Shown: positions 50,729-64,000 of the stretch, in pieces
Layout: every line of letters starts with the position of its first letter
Numbering within the stretch: the stretch's first letter is position 1
NCBI GenBank assembly: GCA_000320545.1
Contig: ADNK01003372.1
Span: forward strand, 1-64,000
DNA: 64,000 nt
Direction: 5' to 3'
Source: Bigelowiella natans CCMP2755
Lineage: Eukaryota > Protista > Cercozoa
The notes under the pieces: model-generated
What the model saw: only the letters and a program-made list of their open reading frames with translations
Database searches by the model: none
What the model was told of the DNA's origin: nothing
Position numbers and translations under genes: made by a program

Positions 50729-52595
50729 CTGTCTGCACCTTTTACCTTCTTTTCTACTCTAAATCAGGCACAAATGACGGCCAACTAGTGATCATCGAAC
50801 AGGGAAACAGCATTGTTTCAAAGCAGATCCATACGCGTTCAGTGACATGCATCAACCAACTAGACAATGATCGGTTGATTTGCATCCCTCCTCCTCCTCC
50901 CTTCTCTCCATCATCGTTTTTAGCTCCCTTTCCTTCCTTCCATCATCACGGCACTACTGCAACCTACTTGTAACCGTATTTCACAATAACTGCATGATGA
51001 TTATTCTCCTCTTTCCTCCTCTTCCTACTACTACTGATACGTTACCTTCACTACCATCCTCCTCCTCTTTCTACTACTACTACTGATACCGTACCTTCAC
51101 TACCATCATCATCACAAACACCCTCCCCCCCCCCCCCCTACCAGGTACGTAGTCGGATTTGTCGATGGATATGTGGTGGTGTATAATGTCCGCAAGGATT
51201 CAAAGTACGAGATTCGTCCATCAAGGGACTCTATTACTTGTCTTTCATGCTGTTGCGAAGGAACATACATTGCCATTGCGGTTGGAGACACTGTTGTTAT
51301 ATTCTCTCACAAAAAAAAGGCCGAAGTTGCTCGAATTTCAGCCAATAAGATTCTGAATACGACGACGCGAAAAAATGAAGAGGAGGATGCAATAACTACA
51401 GTCAAGTTTATCCACAAGAAATTGCTTCTCTTTGGAACGTTAGTGCAACGAAGAATGTTTGAGAGGGGATGGGAGGGAGTTGTGAGAAAGGGAGAAGAAG
51501 AAAATAAAGACTTTGAAGAAGACAATAGGGTGGTGGCTGCCCTACCACCTTTTTCTTCTTCTATTGGCATACCTCACCTTACCACTGTATCCATATCTTA
51601 CCTTGCTATTATTATTACCTTAGAAGAAAGAAGAGATCTTTTTACCTTATTGATACCTCCTCCCCCATTATAATCAGCTACAACGGTAATGTAGCCATGA
51701 TCACTTTGGAGAAAAAACGCATCGCATTTCGGCAGAAAATTCGTCCAAAACTGAGATATAGAAAGCGCATTGGAAGGCGCATTAGAGACCTAGTTACTCG
51801 AGTGGATCAGGTTGCTTGCTTTTGTTGATGATGTTGAAAATGATAATGATAATGATGATAATGTTGAAAATAACAGTAATAATGATAATATTCTCAATAT
51901 TATTAATGGTAAATCATGAAAGGCATTGAAGTCCTCCATAACCATAAGGAGTGTTTGTTTGGGAAGTTATGGAAAATATCATCGTTATTGCCGACTCACT
52001 GCATGACTTTTTTTTTTCAGATTCGTAAGAAACGTGCTCAGGACTTTAACATTAGAGTTTTATTCGACTCCAAGCCCACTGTTGGATCGTCTTCATCTTC
52101 CTCCTCCTCCTCCTCCTTCCACATCTCCTTAGGAACTACCGTAATTGATCTCAACTTCACCAATTTCTATGCGGGGAGACCTACTGAAAAGATAGGTGTC
52201 GTCGGTGTGTCTAAGCTGGCGATGCGACATCCATTCATAGTGGAAGAAAGGCAATACCATTACATTTTCTCTTATTAATAGAAAACATTTTGCCTGATCA
52301 TCCACCAATTTTCATCAATTTTGTGTGTGATTTGCTCTTGTTATTTCCTCCTTTTATCAGCTTATTAACTGCAACAAAAGAAGGCTTGCTGATCTGGAGT
52401 GGCAACGACTCGAGCGGTTCAGAAAGGCTTTTCATTTGTGGTAAGAAGGGAATTGGTAGCTATGCATGGGCGGATGGAAAACTCTACACGGTGCAGAAGA
52501 ATACTATTTTTGTGTGGGACGCCCCCCTCGCTCTAATAGTCGAGCCACCCCCCTCTCTACAGAGAAAGGAAAAGGAGAACACTGAGAAGAAATGA
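48779..52595 (+). CDS. WD40-like beta-propeller protein with a disordered N-terminus and dual-acylation motif MGQVQCC
   Basis: Spliced exons: MGQVQCCRAHH..., an acidic/Gly-rich linker, then propeller blades (VAGTNDGQLVII, IHTRSVTCIN, VVGFVDGYVVVYNV, ITCLSCC..IAIAVG, LYTVQKNTIFVWD). Stop at 52595. Confidence 0.65.
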
Positions 52596-53471
52596 TCGTA
52601 CTTATATTACAACTACTTTGATAAGATTGTATACAACCAAACTACCCGAACGGCTCTTGTGCGAGTTCAATGAGTAGTATGTGAGATCGAAAAACGGAGA
52701 TGATTGCATAGAGTAGAATCTGGCGTTATTGACATACGAATGATGATGTAGCAACAGATATAACCAAAAAGTGTGCATCGATTTGCGCATTATTCGTTTT
52801 TTAATCAATGGCTAGATGGTGTTCAAAGTGATGCAATTTCGTCTGAAATGGACTTTGAGACAAATGGTTGAATTTTCATACTCAGCCACCTTGTTACTTG
52901 CGACAAGCCAAATTTTGATGCATGTACGCACGTCGAGCAAATGCGCGAGCTCTGCGGTAGAGCAGCCCATCAAATGAAATCGTGTGAAAATTCACATGTG
53001 CTCATTTTTCAAATGGCGATTTTTGTTGGGCACAAGACGTCTAGACGTGCAGAGGCGAGGCATGTGTCATGCACGTGATGCGCGCGCGCGCGCGATGTTG
53101 TTGCTGCGCATGCACTAGTGCAGTTGAACAGTTGAAAACATCCGCCTCGGTAGGCACTAGCGCAGATGAATTTGGGGAAAAAAATTGTGCCAAAATTCCA
53201 TCTGGAACCCGCAATCCCGCCATGCGCGCGGTTTGAACAAGCTGCTGTGTGTGTACGTGCGATGAGCACGCCGCGTGCAACGTATAAACGCAGAAAGTGC
53301 AATGTCAGCAGGCTAGCAGGCTAGCAGGTGCATGTGCGTCACGATGCATGCGAACAATTTGCATCGAAATAGAGGCTTTTGGTACGTTGACTTCCCATTC
53401 GTTCAAACTTTGCACATGACTATTAACTAATAATCACTTAATTTTGAGCGACAACATTCGATGGTATGGCA

Positions 53472-55172
53472 TCAGTAGTAACTAGTAATATGCTTGGCAA
53501 ACATCCCATAGTTGCCTATACTCTGCTAAATTTATACTACCTTGTGCTTCTTAGATTTTGCTAATCGCGCCTCTCTGCGCTCCTGAGTTTCTCTCCAGAA
53601 GCTTGCATGATAAGGACAAAACGAATACACGCACGGGCCCGACCTATTTTTCAATAGTATATATGAGTTGCAACAGGTTCCAGTAGCTAGCTAATTTTGC
53701 GTGTTCGAGTATAAAGGCAAACCTTGTTTCTTCATAGTTTAAGTGGCATCGTCTTCTCAATCCGCATGTCAGATGGAATTTGTTGGTACACCCATCGTGA
53801 CTGCATTCAAGGCAAGCGCCTTGTGGAATCTGTTTGTTTCAAGGGAGAGATATTATAATAGTAAAATGGGTGCGAACATGTGTCTTAATTTCTATCGAGA
53901 AGACCTTGCAAATAGAGCACATATTCATCCAACGTCGTTGGTTAACTTGGAAAGTATCGATTGCTTCCATCCCCATTCCGTTTCTGAAGTAAACTTCCGG
54001 TACCCACATGGCACTTGAAGAAGAATGGATCAGGTGGATTTGCTTGCAAGAAGAAATGCAAATTTGGAAAAAGCACCACGACTACTACTACTACTACTGC
54101 TATTGCTATTGCTTATTACAACCATGCGAGATGAGCCCATTTTCCATCAGTTGTCCTTTTCATCATCCCAGTCTTCATAGGACAGAGCACACAACGCTCG
54201 TCTTTGGCCCCCATTCTTTTTAAGGACCAAAGAAGAATCAAAACTAATCACTAATTTAAAGCCTAAAACACAATACCTGCATTTCTCGCAGATCCATTCT
54301 CCTTCTGGAATTTTTTCGCTTAATGGGTAACCATAACCTTTGCACAGAGTAAGCTAATGTTACATCAATGTTAATTTTAGTATTACTGAGGGTTATCGTG
54401 TACAAGAGGCATGAACTCCGTAGTTGCAGCTTTCGCAATAAACGATGGGGTCCTCCTCGTCGCTTCGGCTCTGTGTTAATAAATTTAGAAGTTTAGCATT
54501 GTGTACTTCTGGGAGTAAAAGCCTACGCATGTCTGTCTGTCGTGTGCTTGTTTGTGTGTGCTTGCGTGCGCGCGTACGTATGTGCGTACGTATGTGCGTG
54601 CGTATGTGCGCATGTGCGTATATGCGTATGTACATATGTGCGTGCGTGTCCGAATTTAAAATTGTGAGAGACCTCAAGGCAGACTGAACAATTTCCTTTG
54701 TTCTTATTTGTGATGTAGTCCATATCGTCTCCGGCGGAAAGTGGTTGAGCTGTCAATGCGCCATTCTCTCAGTGTTCTCCATTTGTGTGTGAAATCTTTA
54801 TTGTCTAAAGTATTGTTTTACACTAAAGATATACCAGCTTTTCTTTTTTTCCCTTTCGGTCTGCAGCAGCCTTTCTCATCGTGATAGACATCTAAGGCCG
54901 GATTTTCAGAGAGGGTACTTTGCAAATATCAAAACATGGGGAAACAAACAAAGGGAGAAGAATTTTGCTTAAATTTTTGGGCCGAAATGAAGACTTTTGA
55001 ATTATTACCTGTGCTTTTCCCACGAGACTACTTTCGATGCATTTACGTCATCACCATTCCAGGAAACCTTATATTCAACCTCTCCGTCCTTCGTGATGCG
55101 GTGCTCCAAAATTAAGGGTGGCGATGCTTTCTGAGGTGTTGATGCTTTTGGCTTCGCGTTTTGGACTTCCAT
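53472..55172 (-). CDS. Chromodomain-like + PZP (PHD-Zn knuckle-PHD) chromatin reader, BRPF/JADE/AF10-type PZP
   Basis: ILEHRITKDGEVEYKVSWNG...SWE (chromo-like); CSVC..DPIVYCESCNYGVHASC..WICEKC; CVLCPMKTGMMKRTTDGKWAHL.CATWVPEV; GACLECSHDGCTNKFHLTCG..FCPYH. Confidence 0.8.
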
Positions 55173-55437
55173 GGTAACAAAGGAAGGCAGGTATGAATGG
55201 CGAGTTGGATGTGGATATGAGGGTTTGGGATGTCTCTGTTTCGTTTTCCAGAAGTTGCAACTCCTTTCCCGCGGTTTTCCTCGAGAGTCTCGTGAGATTA
55301 TTAAATGGATGCCATATCCAGAGAGTTTCCAGAGATTAGAATCCAGAGAGTTTCCAGAGATTAGAGCTCACAGACGAGCTTACGACAGAGCGGGAGCAAG
55401 GGCATACAATTACGGTTGCAAGCACACGTGTTCGAAG
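55173..55437. promoter_or_regulatory. Putative bidirectional promoter (265 bp) with a tandem tccagagagtttccagagattaga x2
   Basis: Head-to-head ATGs at 55172(-) and 55438(+). Duplicated motif at about 55317-55364. Confidence 0.5.
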
Positions 55438-56457
55438 ATGTCCTCTTCTCAAGAAGTTGCGCAAGATGCTGGGCCATCATCAAGTGCAACTTTCAACACC
55501 AGAATGCTTCCTAACGCTTCAAGGTCAACATCAATTAATGGAGTGCAAAAAATCCTCATTTAACTTTCGTCTTGCTTCGTCATTTTTGGAGCAGTTCATC
55601 ATCATATTCTTCGGAGCTATTCAATCTCAAAGTAATGAGGTTTCCTCAACCATTCCTCAAAACCGGTTCCTGTGTCGTAAGCTCGGGTGTTGAAGAGGAC
55701 TCTCCACAGATGGTGAGATAACTTTTTAAATTCTTCGAGTAAATCTCTGCATTTTCCCAAGAAATAATTGCGCTGATGATCAAAATCATACATCGATCAG
55801 GCGCTACATAAGCCTGGGAACACGTACCTTGACAATGGCGCCCTTTCAAATGCTCTCCGTTTGGTTGCTGAGAGAAAAAAAGTCTACTTGGTATCATCGT
55901 CCTAGCTCAATGATGATAATGATGATGCAAATACTATAATGATGATCATTTTCATTTAGCTTTAGCAGTGAGTACTAGTATCTTTGATATGTATTATCAC
56001 TCTTTTATTTCAGGGAGAAGATTTTTGGTTGTGCGATAATAAATATCCCGGATAGTACTCCGTTGTGCGATAATAAATATCAAATACTCCAACTACTACT
56101 ACTACTACTACTACTACTACCAATAATAATTCACACAATCCTGCATCATATACAACAACATTATATGTATTCCTTCTAGGGAGAAAATTCTAGGATGTGC
56201 GTGATAATATCCCATAATTCTGATCGCGCTGGTAAGTACTCATACCAACTAATTATAAATCATAGTGAAGGAAGGTCAGTTCTGATATCACAGAATAATG
56301 CGTAGCGCTGCTGCTACTTTGATCCTGATTCGCATGCTAAATGTATTTTCATACGCTGCTGCATATATATCTTAAAAGTAGTACTGATAATCCATCAAGA
56401 AATTAATATATTATGTGAAAAGAGGATTATTCAATGTACGTAGACATACGTGATCAT

Positions 56458-56495
<38 letters not shown>

Positions 56496-57726
56496 GTACT
56501 CACTTTCGTCGCGCAATTGCCTGGTTTATAATATCATGACCAGTATCGAGCGTGGGAGTCAGAATTGAAGTTCAAACGCAGAAATCGAGGCAAATACTTG
56601 TTGATACCATCAAAAGCCCCCAAAATCTCAAGGTCTTGATATTCTGCTGCTACAAATCATGGAATTGTTCAGAAACGTCAAGTTGACGATGCATGTTGAC
56701 GATACTTATTGTTACCATGACCATGCATGTTGACGATACTTATTGTTACCATGTTATGCTGTAAATGATCGTCATCGTCGTCGTCTTTTCTTCTTCATTA
56801 ATTTGATTCTATTCTATTCGGGTGATTGGTTTAATAGTTTTATAATATCACTCTCATCGTGATGATCATGATCACACTACGTGCACACAGGCTGGGCAAA
56901 CCATGGACTATATGTTGGATTTCAAGCTTACAGACGCTGGAGAAAATGCCCTTGTGTGTTGCGTGTTTTACAGAGACGAAGACAACCAAGTTAAGAACTT
57001 CCAAAAGTTTTTTCGATTCGCCGTTGATGGTAATAATAATTGTTAGCAAAGAGATAGCAGCAGCAGACACTTATGAAAATAATCAAAATGAAAATTAACA
57101 CAACTACTGATTTGAATGTTGTATATGTTTGTCAATCTTCAATATCCACCTAAGTCCAGGGCCTTCCCCCCTCATTATTATTAATGCAAGAATTGAATTC
57201 AATTGAAATGAGTCGGACTGTTTATTGATTTATTTAGAGCCGTTCCGAGTGGATACGAAACTGAGCACTGGCAGTGATAACAGCACGACGATTGCAAGAC
57301 TTGCTATTACAAACCTTGCTGATGTATGGAGTAGTAGCAGCAGCAGTAGTAGTCGTAGAAATTATCTCGACGATAAATAATCATGACAACGACGACAATC
57401 AATCATCATGAAGAGCCACCTTCTCATTTTTATTCTTGATTTTGATACCTTTTTATACTTGATTTTGATACTTTGAATAATGGGGAAAGTCGAGCAAAAA
57501 TGTGATCATCTTTCGATATGATCAATCATAGCTACATGATGTGATGCGACCATACGCTGGTTGGCATTGGTTGTTTTTCATAGTCATCACCATCATTATC
57601 ATTATCATTGAAATAATCATTATTATTTTATTTGTTGTTACTACTTACTGTGTTGTTGTAATCACTCACTAAATTTAGGATCCAATCTTCATCGAAGCGC
57701 TTAAATTCCGTACTACGATTTGTCTA

Positions 57727-57764
<38 letters not shown>

Positions 57765-57824
57765 ATGTGTGTGTGTGTGCGTGTACAATTAGAGACATAA
57801 GTGATGGAAGTGGTAGTGGTGGTA

Positions 57825-57855
<31 letters not shown>

Positions 57856-59816
57856 TATTGACATGTTACACTACTATTTAAGCATCATCATAGTTGTCGA
57901 GACGATCAAGCATCATAGTTGTCGAGACGATCAATGAACAAACACAGTAGTAGTAGTGTGATATTATTTTATTTTTATGATGACGATGATGATGATGAAT
58001 ACAGGAGAGATATTGATAAACTACCACTATGTACAGATGATGAGCTGCAACACTAACAACACAGTAGGCTGCTACTACTATACGACGTCAATAATACGTA
58101 AATATCTTGATGAGTACTAATAAAAGATAATGTAGAAGCTGTACTCATCATCATCACCACATATGAATACCAGACAATTGTTCTTACTTATTAGGCCATA
58201 GAGAGAATATAGCGGTTGAGGATCTCAATCATCATATTTTCGAAGACAAAGACGACGACAAGTCGGGGGGGAGGGGGAATTCCAAAGAGATTAAAGTTTA
58301 CCACGATGATGTTCCCACCTCCCCCAATACTATCACTTGTTCCTTTTCCTCTTCATCATCATCAACCCAGCTACTCAATACCAATGTCAGTAAGTAAATA
58401 AATAATATTATATAAAGCTGTGAAATCATTTTGTCTTGTTCTTTCAAGATAAACATCATGATTGATATCATCATCATATTAATATCATCATTATGAAGCT
58501 ACTGCTACTGCTGCAGTAATAGTAATAGTGCTACTGCTACTACTTACTATTACATACCAACATGCTACTATCGCCAAAGCTCCTACTCCACCAAAGGCAG
58601 TAGTAGCACCACCAGCAGCAGTAGTATTCTTTTTGAGGTTTTATAATGAGTCGTGATTGTGTGATTACAATGGACTAATAAAGGCTGTAAGTTGCTTTGC
58701 TTTCAAGTTAACGAAGAATCCGAAGATGATTAACACCAATATAGGTAGGTAGGTAGGTAGATGGTGGTGTTCAGATAAAGCGGAAGGATCCATTCATCCA
58801 TCCATCCAATGCTAATGCTGATTGCGCTATTTAATAGTTGACCATGCGTACGACTAGTTTCTGTTTGGTGCTCACAAGTAAAGAAGAAGAAGAAAAAGAA
58901 GAAATTATGATGATGATTATCATGATGTGGTTGATGATCATGATGGAACGATCTTGTTCATGGAATGGCAACTATCGTCAAGCAAATTCGGCTGAGCTTG
59001 GGTGTGTGGAGATTCGCTGGAGACGCTCCGGGTTTCTGTTATACTTGTTATCATTAATGATTTCTTGCATACATTCGTTAGTAGCGTACTACCTACTACT
59101 ATAACTACTACTAATACGACTACTAGTAGTAGTAGTAGTAGTTATTATTATGAACTGATGCTGTTGATGCTGCTACTACTACTACTTACTATGAGTGTGG
59201 TGTATCCATTATCATCATCATCGTCGTCATCATCATCATCATCATCATCATCATTATCATCATCCTCTCTTGTTGTATGGACTTCCTACTGCTACTACTA
59301 CCACTACTACTACTACTACTACCACCTGTAGGCATGTGGGGGTCTTGAAGACGAAAGCGTTAGTAAATCCTCATCGGTCAAATGAAAATGCGAGATGTAC
59401 ATTGTCCATCGTGGAAGCTCCTGACAAGTGAGTAACCACTGTAGTAGTGTACTGCCCTGCATTTGACTAAATGCAACCGAAGAGTACCTGCTACCTACTA
59501 AGAACAGTATTGATCATCGATTACTAGTAGTGCTAATTTTAGTGGTAGTACACCATGAAAGGGGGGGAGGGGGGGGAGAATATTTTGCATGGCGATTTAC
59601 CACACACACACACACGCACACACACACACACACGTAACGGACAAGATGATGGTGATTGTATTCGTCGTGTGTAAGCATTATTGCGATAGGATAACACGAA
59701 CCGATGATGACGCCTGTTTTGCCCTTGCCATCATATTTATGATGTTGATGATGTATATTGTTATCTCTTTCTTATTGCATGTTGTCGATATGTCATCATA
59801 ATTATCATCATCATCG

Positions 59817-59849
<33 letters not shown>

Positions 59850-60692
59850 CAGGGTCTTGATAGAGAGGGTGTTCCACACGACTGTGGAGATAGAGAGTAA
59901 GAGTGCGAGGCCTCTTCACTTGCGCCTTTCAATTCCAAGGTGGTAGTATAAGTAGTATTGGATCTATCTTTCATGTACGATGAATAATGGGATGATGATG
60001 ATGGTGATGATGATACTGCTGCACTCTGATCGTCACCATCATCATCATCATCATCATCAGCCACAAGCACTTATCCATCGTTCCAGCTGGAGTTTCTAAC
60101 TATTCATGTGGAGTTCTAAAGATGAATGAGGTCAGAAGAAGAAGAAGAAGAAGAAGAAGAAGAAGACCTGTATGTCGTCTCAACAGCAATGATGATTATG
60201 AGGAGGAGGAGGAGGAGCATGGTCAGATGATATGTATATTCTTAATAAATATATGATGCATGCAGAAACGGAGGGTGAAAGTGGCTCTGCTTCCATTGGC
60301 TCTTGGGATTCAAAAGATATCGGGATTTAAGCTTAGATGCCCAGAAATTGGCTTCACTGCAGGTATCTTCTTTCTTACATTCATGATCATCCTTAATCAT
60401 GAGAGGGGGGGTTGATGCAGCAACAATATAGCGACAATGTTTGATTCATCATTTTATAAAAAGTACAGCGCTCGCACACACATTACTAGCTAATGATTTT
60501 TGTTCAGCAGTGCAGTGATAATGCTATATCAATGGATACGGCGTTGTTGTTATCCTCCTCCTCCTCCTCCTCTACCTTCCCAACAATCTAAGTTTGAGGA
60601 GCAATAAAAGATACTGACATTGATATGTATGTGTTATTGCAGATTTCGATGATTTGCATCAGTGTTGCGTAATGAAGACTTCGACGGATTAG
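55438..60692 (+). CDS. TRAPPC13: Trafficking protein particle complex subunit 13
   Basis: FNLKVMRFPQP, VYLGE..MCVIISHNS, MDYMLDFKLTDAGENALVCCVFYRDEDNQVKNFQKFFRF, EPFRVDTK, DPIFIEALKF, LGCVEIRWRRS and terminal FDDLHQCCV* follow the TRAPPC13 motif order. Confidence 0.85.
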
Positions 60693-60999
60693 ATGAAGAA
60701 GAATGCACTAAACAACAGCTACAGTGTGTGAAAATATCTCTATCTAGCTAGCTGCTTCAGCATTCATAAAGAATTTCTGCCGGTTGTTATCTGCAAACCT
60801 TATGCGATTATCATATGCAGATAACGACCGAAAAAAACAATAGTACTACATCTCTGACCGAAGATTATAATCATGATGCAAAAAACTACGATGGGAGGGC
60901 CACTGAATTACTACATCATGCCCGCATCGTTGCGTCGCCATGTAACAATGGTGTAAATTTACACGAATGATCAAATGTGCAACAGATGATAGACTGACA

Positions 61000-62150
61000 T
61001 GCATGATCTTCCGGGCGTTCACGTTGAGTCGCTCATGTGCAGCGCCAGTCAGCACGCACTCGCAAAATCTTCGCGAATGATGCTAGAATGCAAGAAACTT
61101 CCACTGCTGGCTGTATGATTCCAGAATTTCCTGGCACAGTTCCTTTGATGGGTTCCGCCGAGACCCAATTCACCAATGCGTATGCGCACACACAGCATGC
61201 TATGCATGAAAAATCCCAAACAAGTGTGTCAAGTGCTGGCAATTTGCATGAAGAACACTCAAATTAGCTCTGAGCTTCACTGCTCTAACACTGCTGTGGA
61301 CCACCACAGCAATCACAGACTCAACTAGTCAAGTAGTAAATGTCTGCAATGCGTGTGTCCACAGACTCATTGATGTCTTTGACAACGCACTTCACTAGAT
61401 CATGCAAGCCACGCTAGCACGCGCTACGCACACGATTCTGGGACCATCGATTGGCCACGTTGCAAAGACGTTCGTGCCTCCTAGCAAACCTCATCAATCA
61501 ACCAAAAGATGATGATGCAGCACACGCACAGCACACAGCATACTAGCATGCATGCGCGTGCATGTGCGAAATGGCGTGCACTGGTGCACTTTGGCACTCT
61601 AGCACTCTCTAGCTCTGCACGTCCTGCATGGAAGAATGCAGGCTAGCAGGTAGCAGGCTAGCAGGTGAGACGCCTGCTGCCAGCAGCCCAGTCAGCTAGT
61701 TGACTAGCTGTGCGCTGATGCACGCACGCGCCGATCGAATCGAACGCAGGCGGTGGCAAACACAACTCTCAAGGGAGCAGAGTGTTTCCATGCAGGCATG
61801 ATCATCATGCAATCAACAAAGCTAGAAAGGCCGCCACCATGCCAACTTGATCACGTTTCCACAGATCTAGAGATCTAGATGCACGCGGCTGCGCTGCGCT
61901 GAGAAGTTGAAGTCGCCTACAGCGGCCCATGGCTGCGTCTGACGCACATTTTCATCACAATGTGCAACATGCATGCGAAAGAAGATGACAGATTCGAGAA
62001 CTTTCAAGACCAACGATCGATCTCATGCACGCCTCACTTGATCATGCTTGCTGCCAACCAGCGGTGCGTTTTCATCATTTCCTTGTGCTGTCAATTTTGT
62101 CCATTTCTTCTCAATGACAAGCATGAATGGCAGCATTGGGTCTAGAGGTG
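61000..62150. other. Partially TpA-depleted, CTAG-enriched intergenic island
   Basis: More than a dozen CTAG sites, few other TA, and abundant TGCA/CATG/CACA. Shares the motif gcaggctagcagg with 53308-53330. Confidence 0.65.
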
Positions 62151-62157
62151 GGGCTCA

Positions 62158-62701
62158 TTAGATGTCATTAAACTTCATGAGCACCCCGGCAGAACCTAAT
62201 TGGTGATGATAGAACACAATTGCAAATCACCATGAGCATTGAACAACAACGATTTGGAAACGATCACTATGAATAGGATGTGATTTGATGTTAGTCTTGC
62301 ATCACGAACAACCACCACCTAATATGAAGCCCCTTTTGTCGTCATAAAACTTAATCTTGTAAAAGTTGGCAGGTTGGTTATCGCCGCTAGAATCTGCAAA
62401 TGAGGATGATGAATGTCAGATTGTGTCAATAAGTGTTGCTAATGTTCAAAGGAGGAGTCGATCGTTAATAACAAAGCAGTAGCAGTAGTAGCAGTAGTAG
62501 TAGTAGTAGCATCGAAGGAAGCAGCAGCAGCGCATCCATCAACAGTTTTAACAACAGCACCAGTGCTAAAAACTACCTGCCGTCCACGTCTTCCCGTTAT
62601 TACGGGATAAGAAGATCTTTCCTACAGAGATGTAGATCGGTATATGTCGATTTTGTAGAAGAAGAGGAATGAATGAAATGAATGCAAGAAATTCACAAGG
62701 A

Positions 62702-62735
<34 letters not shown>

Positions 62736-62994
62736 TCATTATTTATCTGTGTGGATAGAATCATTTAAGACAGAACAATGCTGGTGATTGATTGAGATGC
62801 TACGTACTTATTACTACTTATAGTATTTAGGCAGCAGCAGCAACAACAGCAGCATCGAGAGCACCCAGTAAAGTATGAGTAGTGGTGTTGTTGAAAGGGC
62901 TGCTGCTAGCTGGTATTTACTACCTCCTCCTCCTACGCACCAAAGATCACCGTTTTCTCTTCGCGTCACATCCTGATTTATATACGAATAGAAT

Positions 62995-63027
<33 letters not shown>

Positions 63028-64000
63028 TAGTCGTAGCTGCTGCTTGTGCTGCTGCTGCTGATGATGATGATGATGGATTTGCTAAGGAAGTTAGGATAAC
63101 GACAACGACATCATCGCCCAATTATCATCATTACAGCATCATCATATCATCGTCATCATGATCAACAACAACAACAACAACACCATCCAAGAAATAAAGC
63201 AACCAAGATTCCATATCCCCCTGAATTGATGCTTGTCTCGTAGAAATCGATCTAGGAGATAATATATAGGATGGAGGATACATGACAAGAAGATGTACAA
63301 TAGTAATGAGAGACCGACATTATCAATAATCAATAGAATGTAGACCAAGCGTAAGAACAATACTTTGTGTTCTTCCTCTTCTTTTGCATGGTTGTAATGT
63401 TACATAAATGCTGCTGCTTACTAGGTAACATAACACTAACTAAACAACCTCTGGTTCATCAAGATTTGCATCACCCTTTACGAATGATACTCCCCCAGCC
63501 TAAAGGAGGAGGAAGAAGAAGAGTAGCATGATAATATATGATAAGAGCACGATGTAGTAGTACTTGTAGTAGTAGTAGCATCAGCAGTATTGCTTGATTC
63601 AATAAGTGGGATGGATGTATTACTTCTACTACAACAACAACAACTACTACTACTACTATTACCTAGTATTATATTAGTTATGCAGTCGTATTGATTACCC
63701 TTGTCGTCATCCACATACTATTAGTCAAGTCATCTCCAACAACTCCCATCGTCACGATTCGTCGGATAGTTCTCCTAAGAAAAGAGATCAGTTATATTAA
63801 TATTTAATTACAATACCAACCAACGACGTATCACATAAATACAAATGCAACTGTATGTATGTGTATATGTATGTGTATGTGTATGTGTCTATACTGTTGG
63901 TGATATTATTGCTGTTCTCTGCGACTACTACTTACTCCCTGCTATTTACTAGCTTCTTCTCTGTGCTTTAACATAATCATCATCATCATCATCATCATCA
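62158..64000 (-). CDS. HCF136: Photosystem II stability/assembly factor HCF136/Ycf48, 3' part (5' end lies beyond the window)
   Basis: Exons RTIRRIVTMG, GGVSFVKG, DFYETSINSGGYGIL|DVTRRENGDLWC, KIFLSRNNGKTW and DNQPANFYKIKFYDDKRGFILG|SAGVLMKF* match the HCF136/Ycf48 C-terminus. Confidence 0.85.

Overview
Eukaryotic nuclear DNA from an intron-rich alga whose introns are full of microsatellites. A nuclear HCF136/Ycf48 gene and a bipartite plastid leader suggest a secondary-plastid lineage such as a chlorarachniophyte (inference). About 12 host genes were reconstructed by splicing by eye: a myristoylated multi-EF-hand protein, RTF1, an intronless plastid-targeted desaturase, an RGG+W2 protein, an SDR, VPS39, an acylated WD40 protein, a chromo+PZP protein, TRAPPC13, HCF136, and two hypotheticals. 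The standout signal is a set of sharply bounded intergenic islands (about 13.67-14.83 kb and 42.0-48.68 kb, weaker at 52.9-53.4 kb and 61.0-62.15 kb). In the two strong islands the dinucleotide TpA is almost absent and survives nearly only as CTAG, while TG/CA are abundant and CpG is retained. The large island holds a decayed RAG1/Transib/Chapaev-like DDE transposase in which expected Tyr codons read as His or Cys. A local duplication that straddles an island edge shows the direction TA->TG/CA. This looks like a 'reverse-RIP' A-to-G hypermutation acting on transposon and intergenic DNA. All counts were made by eye and gene boundaries are approximate.
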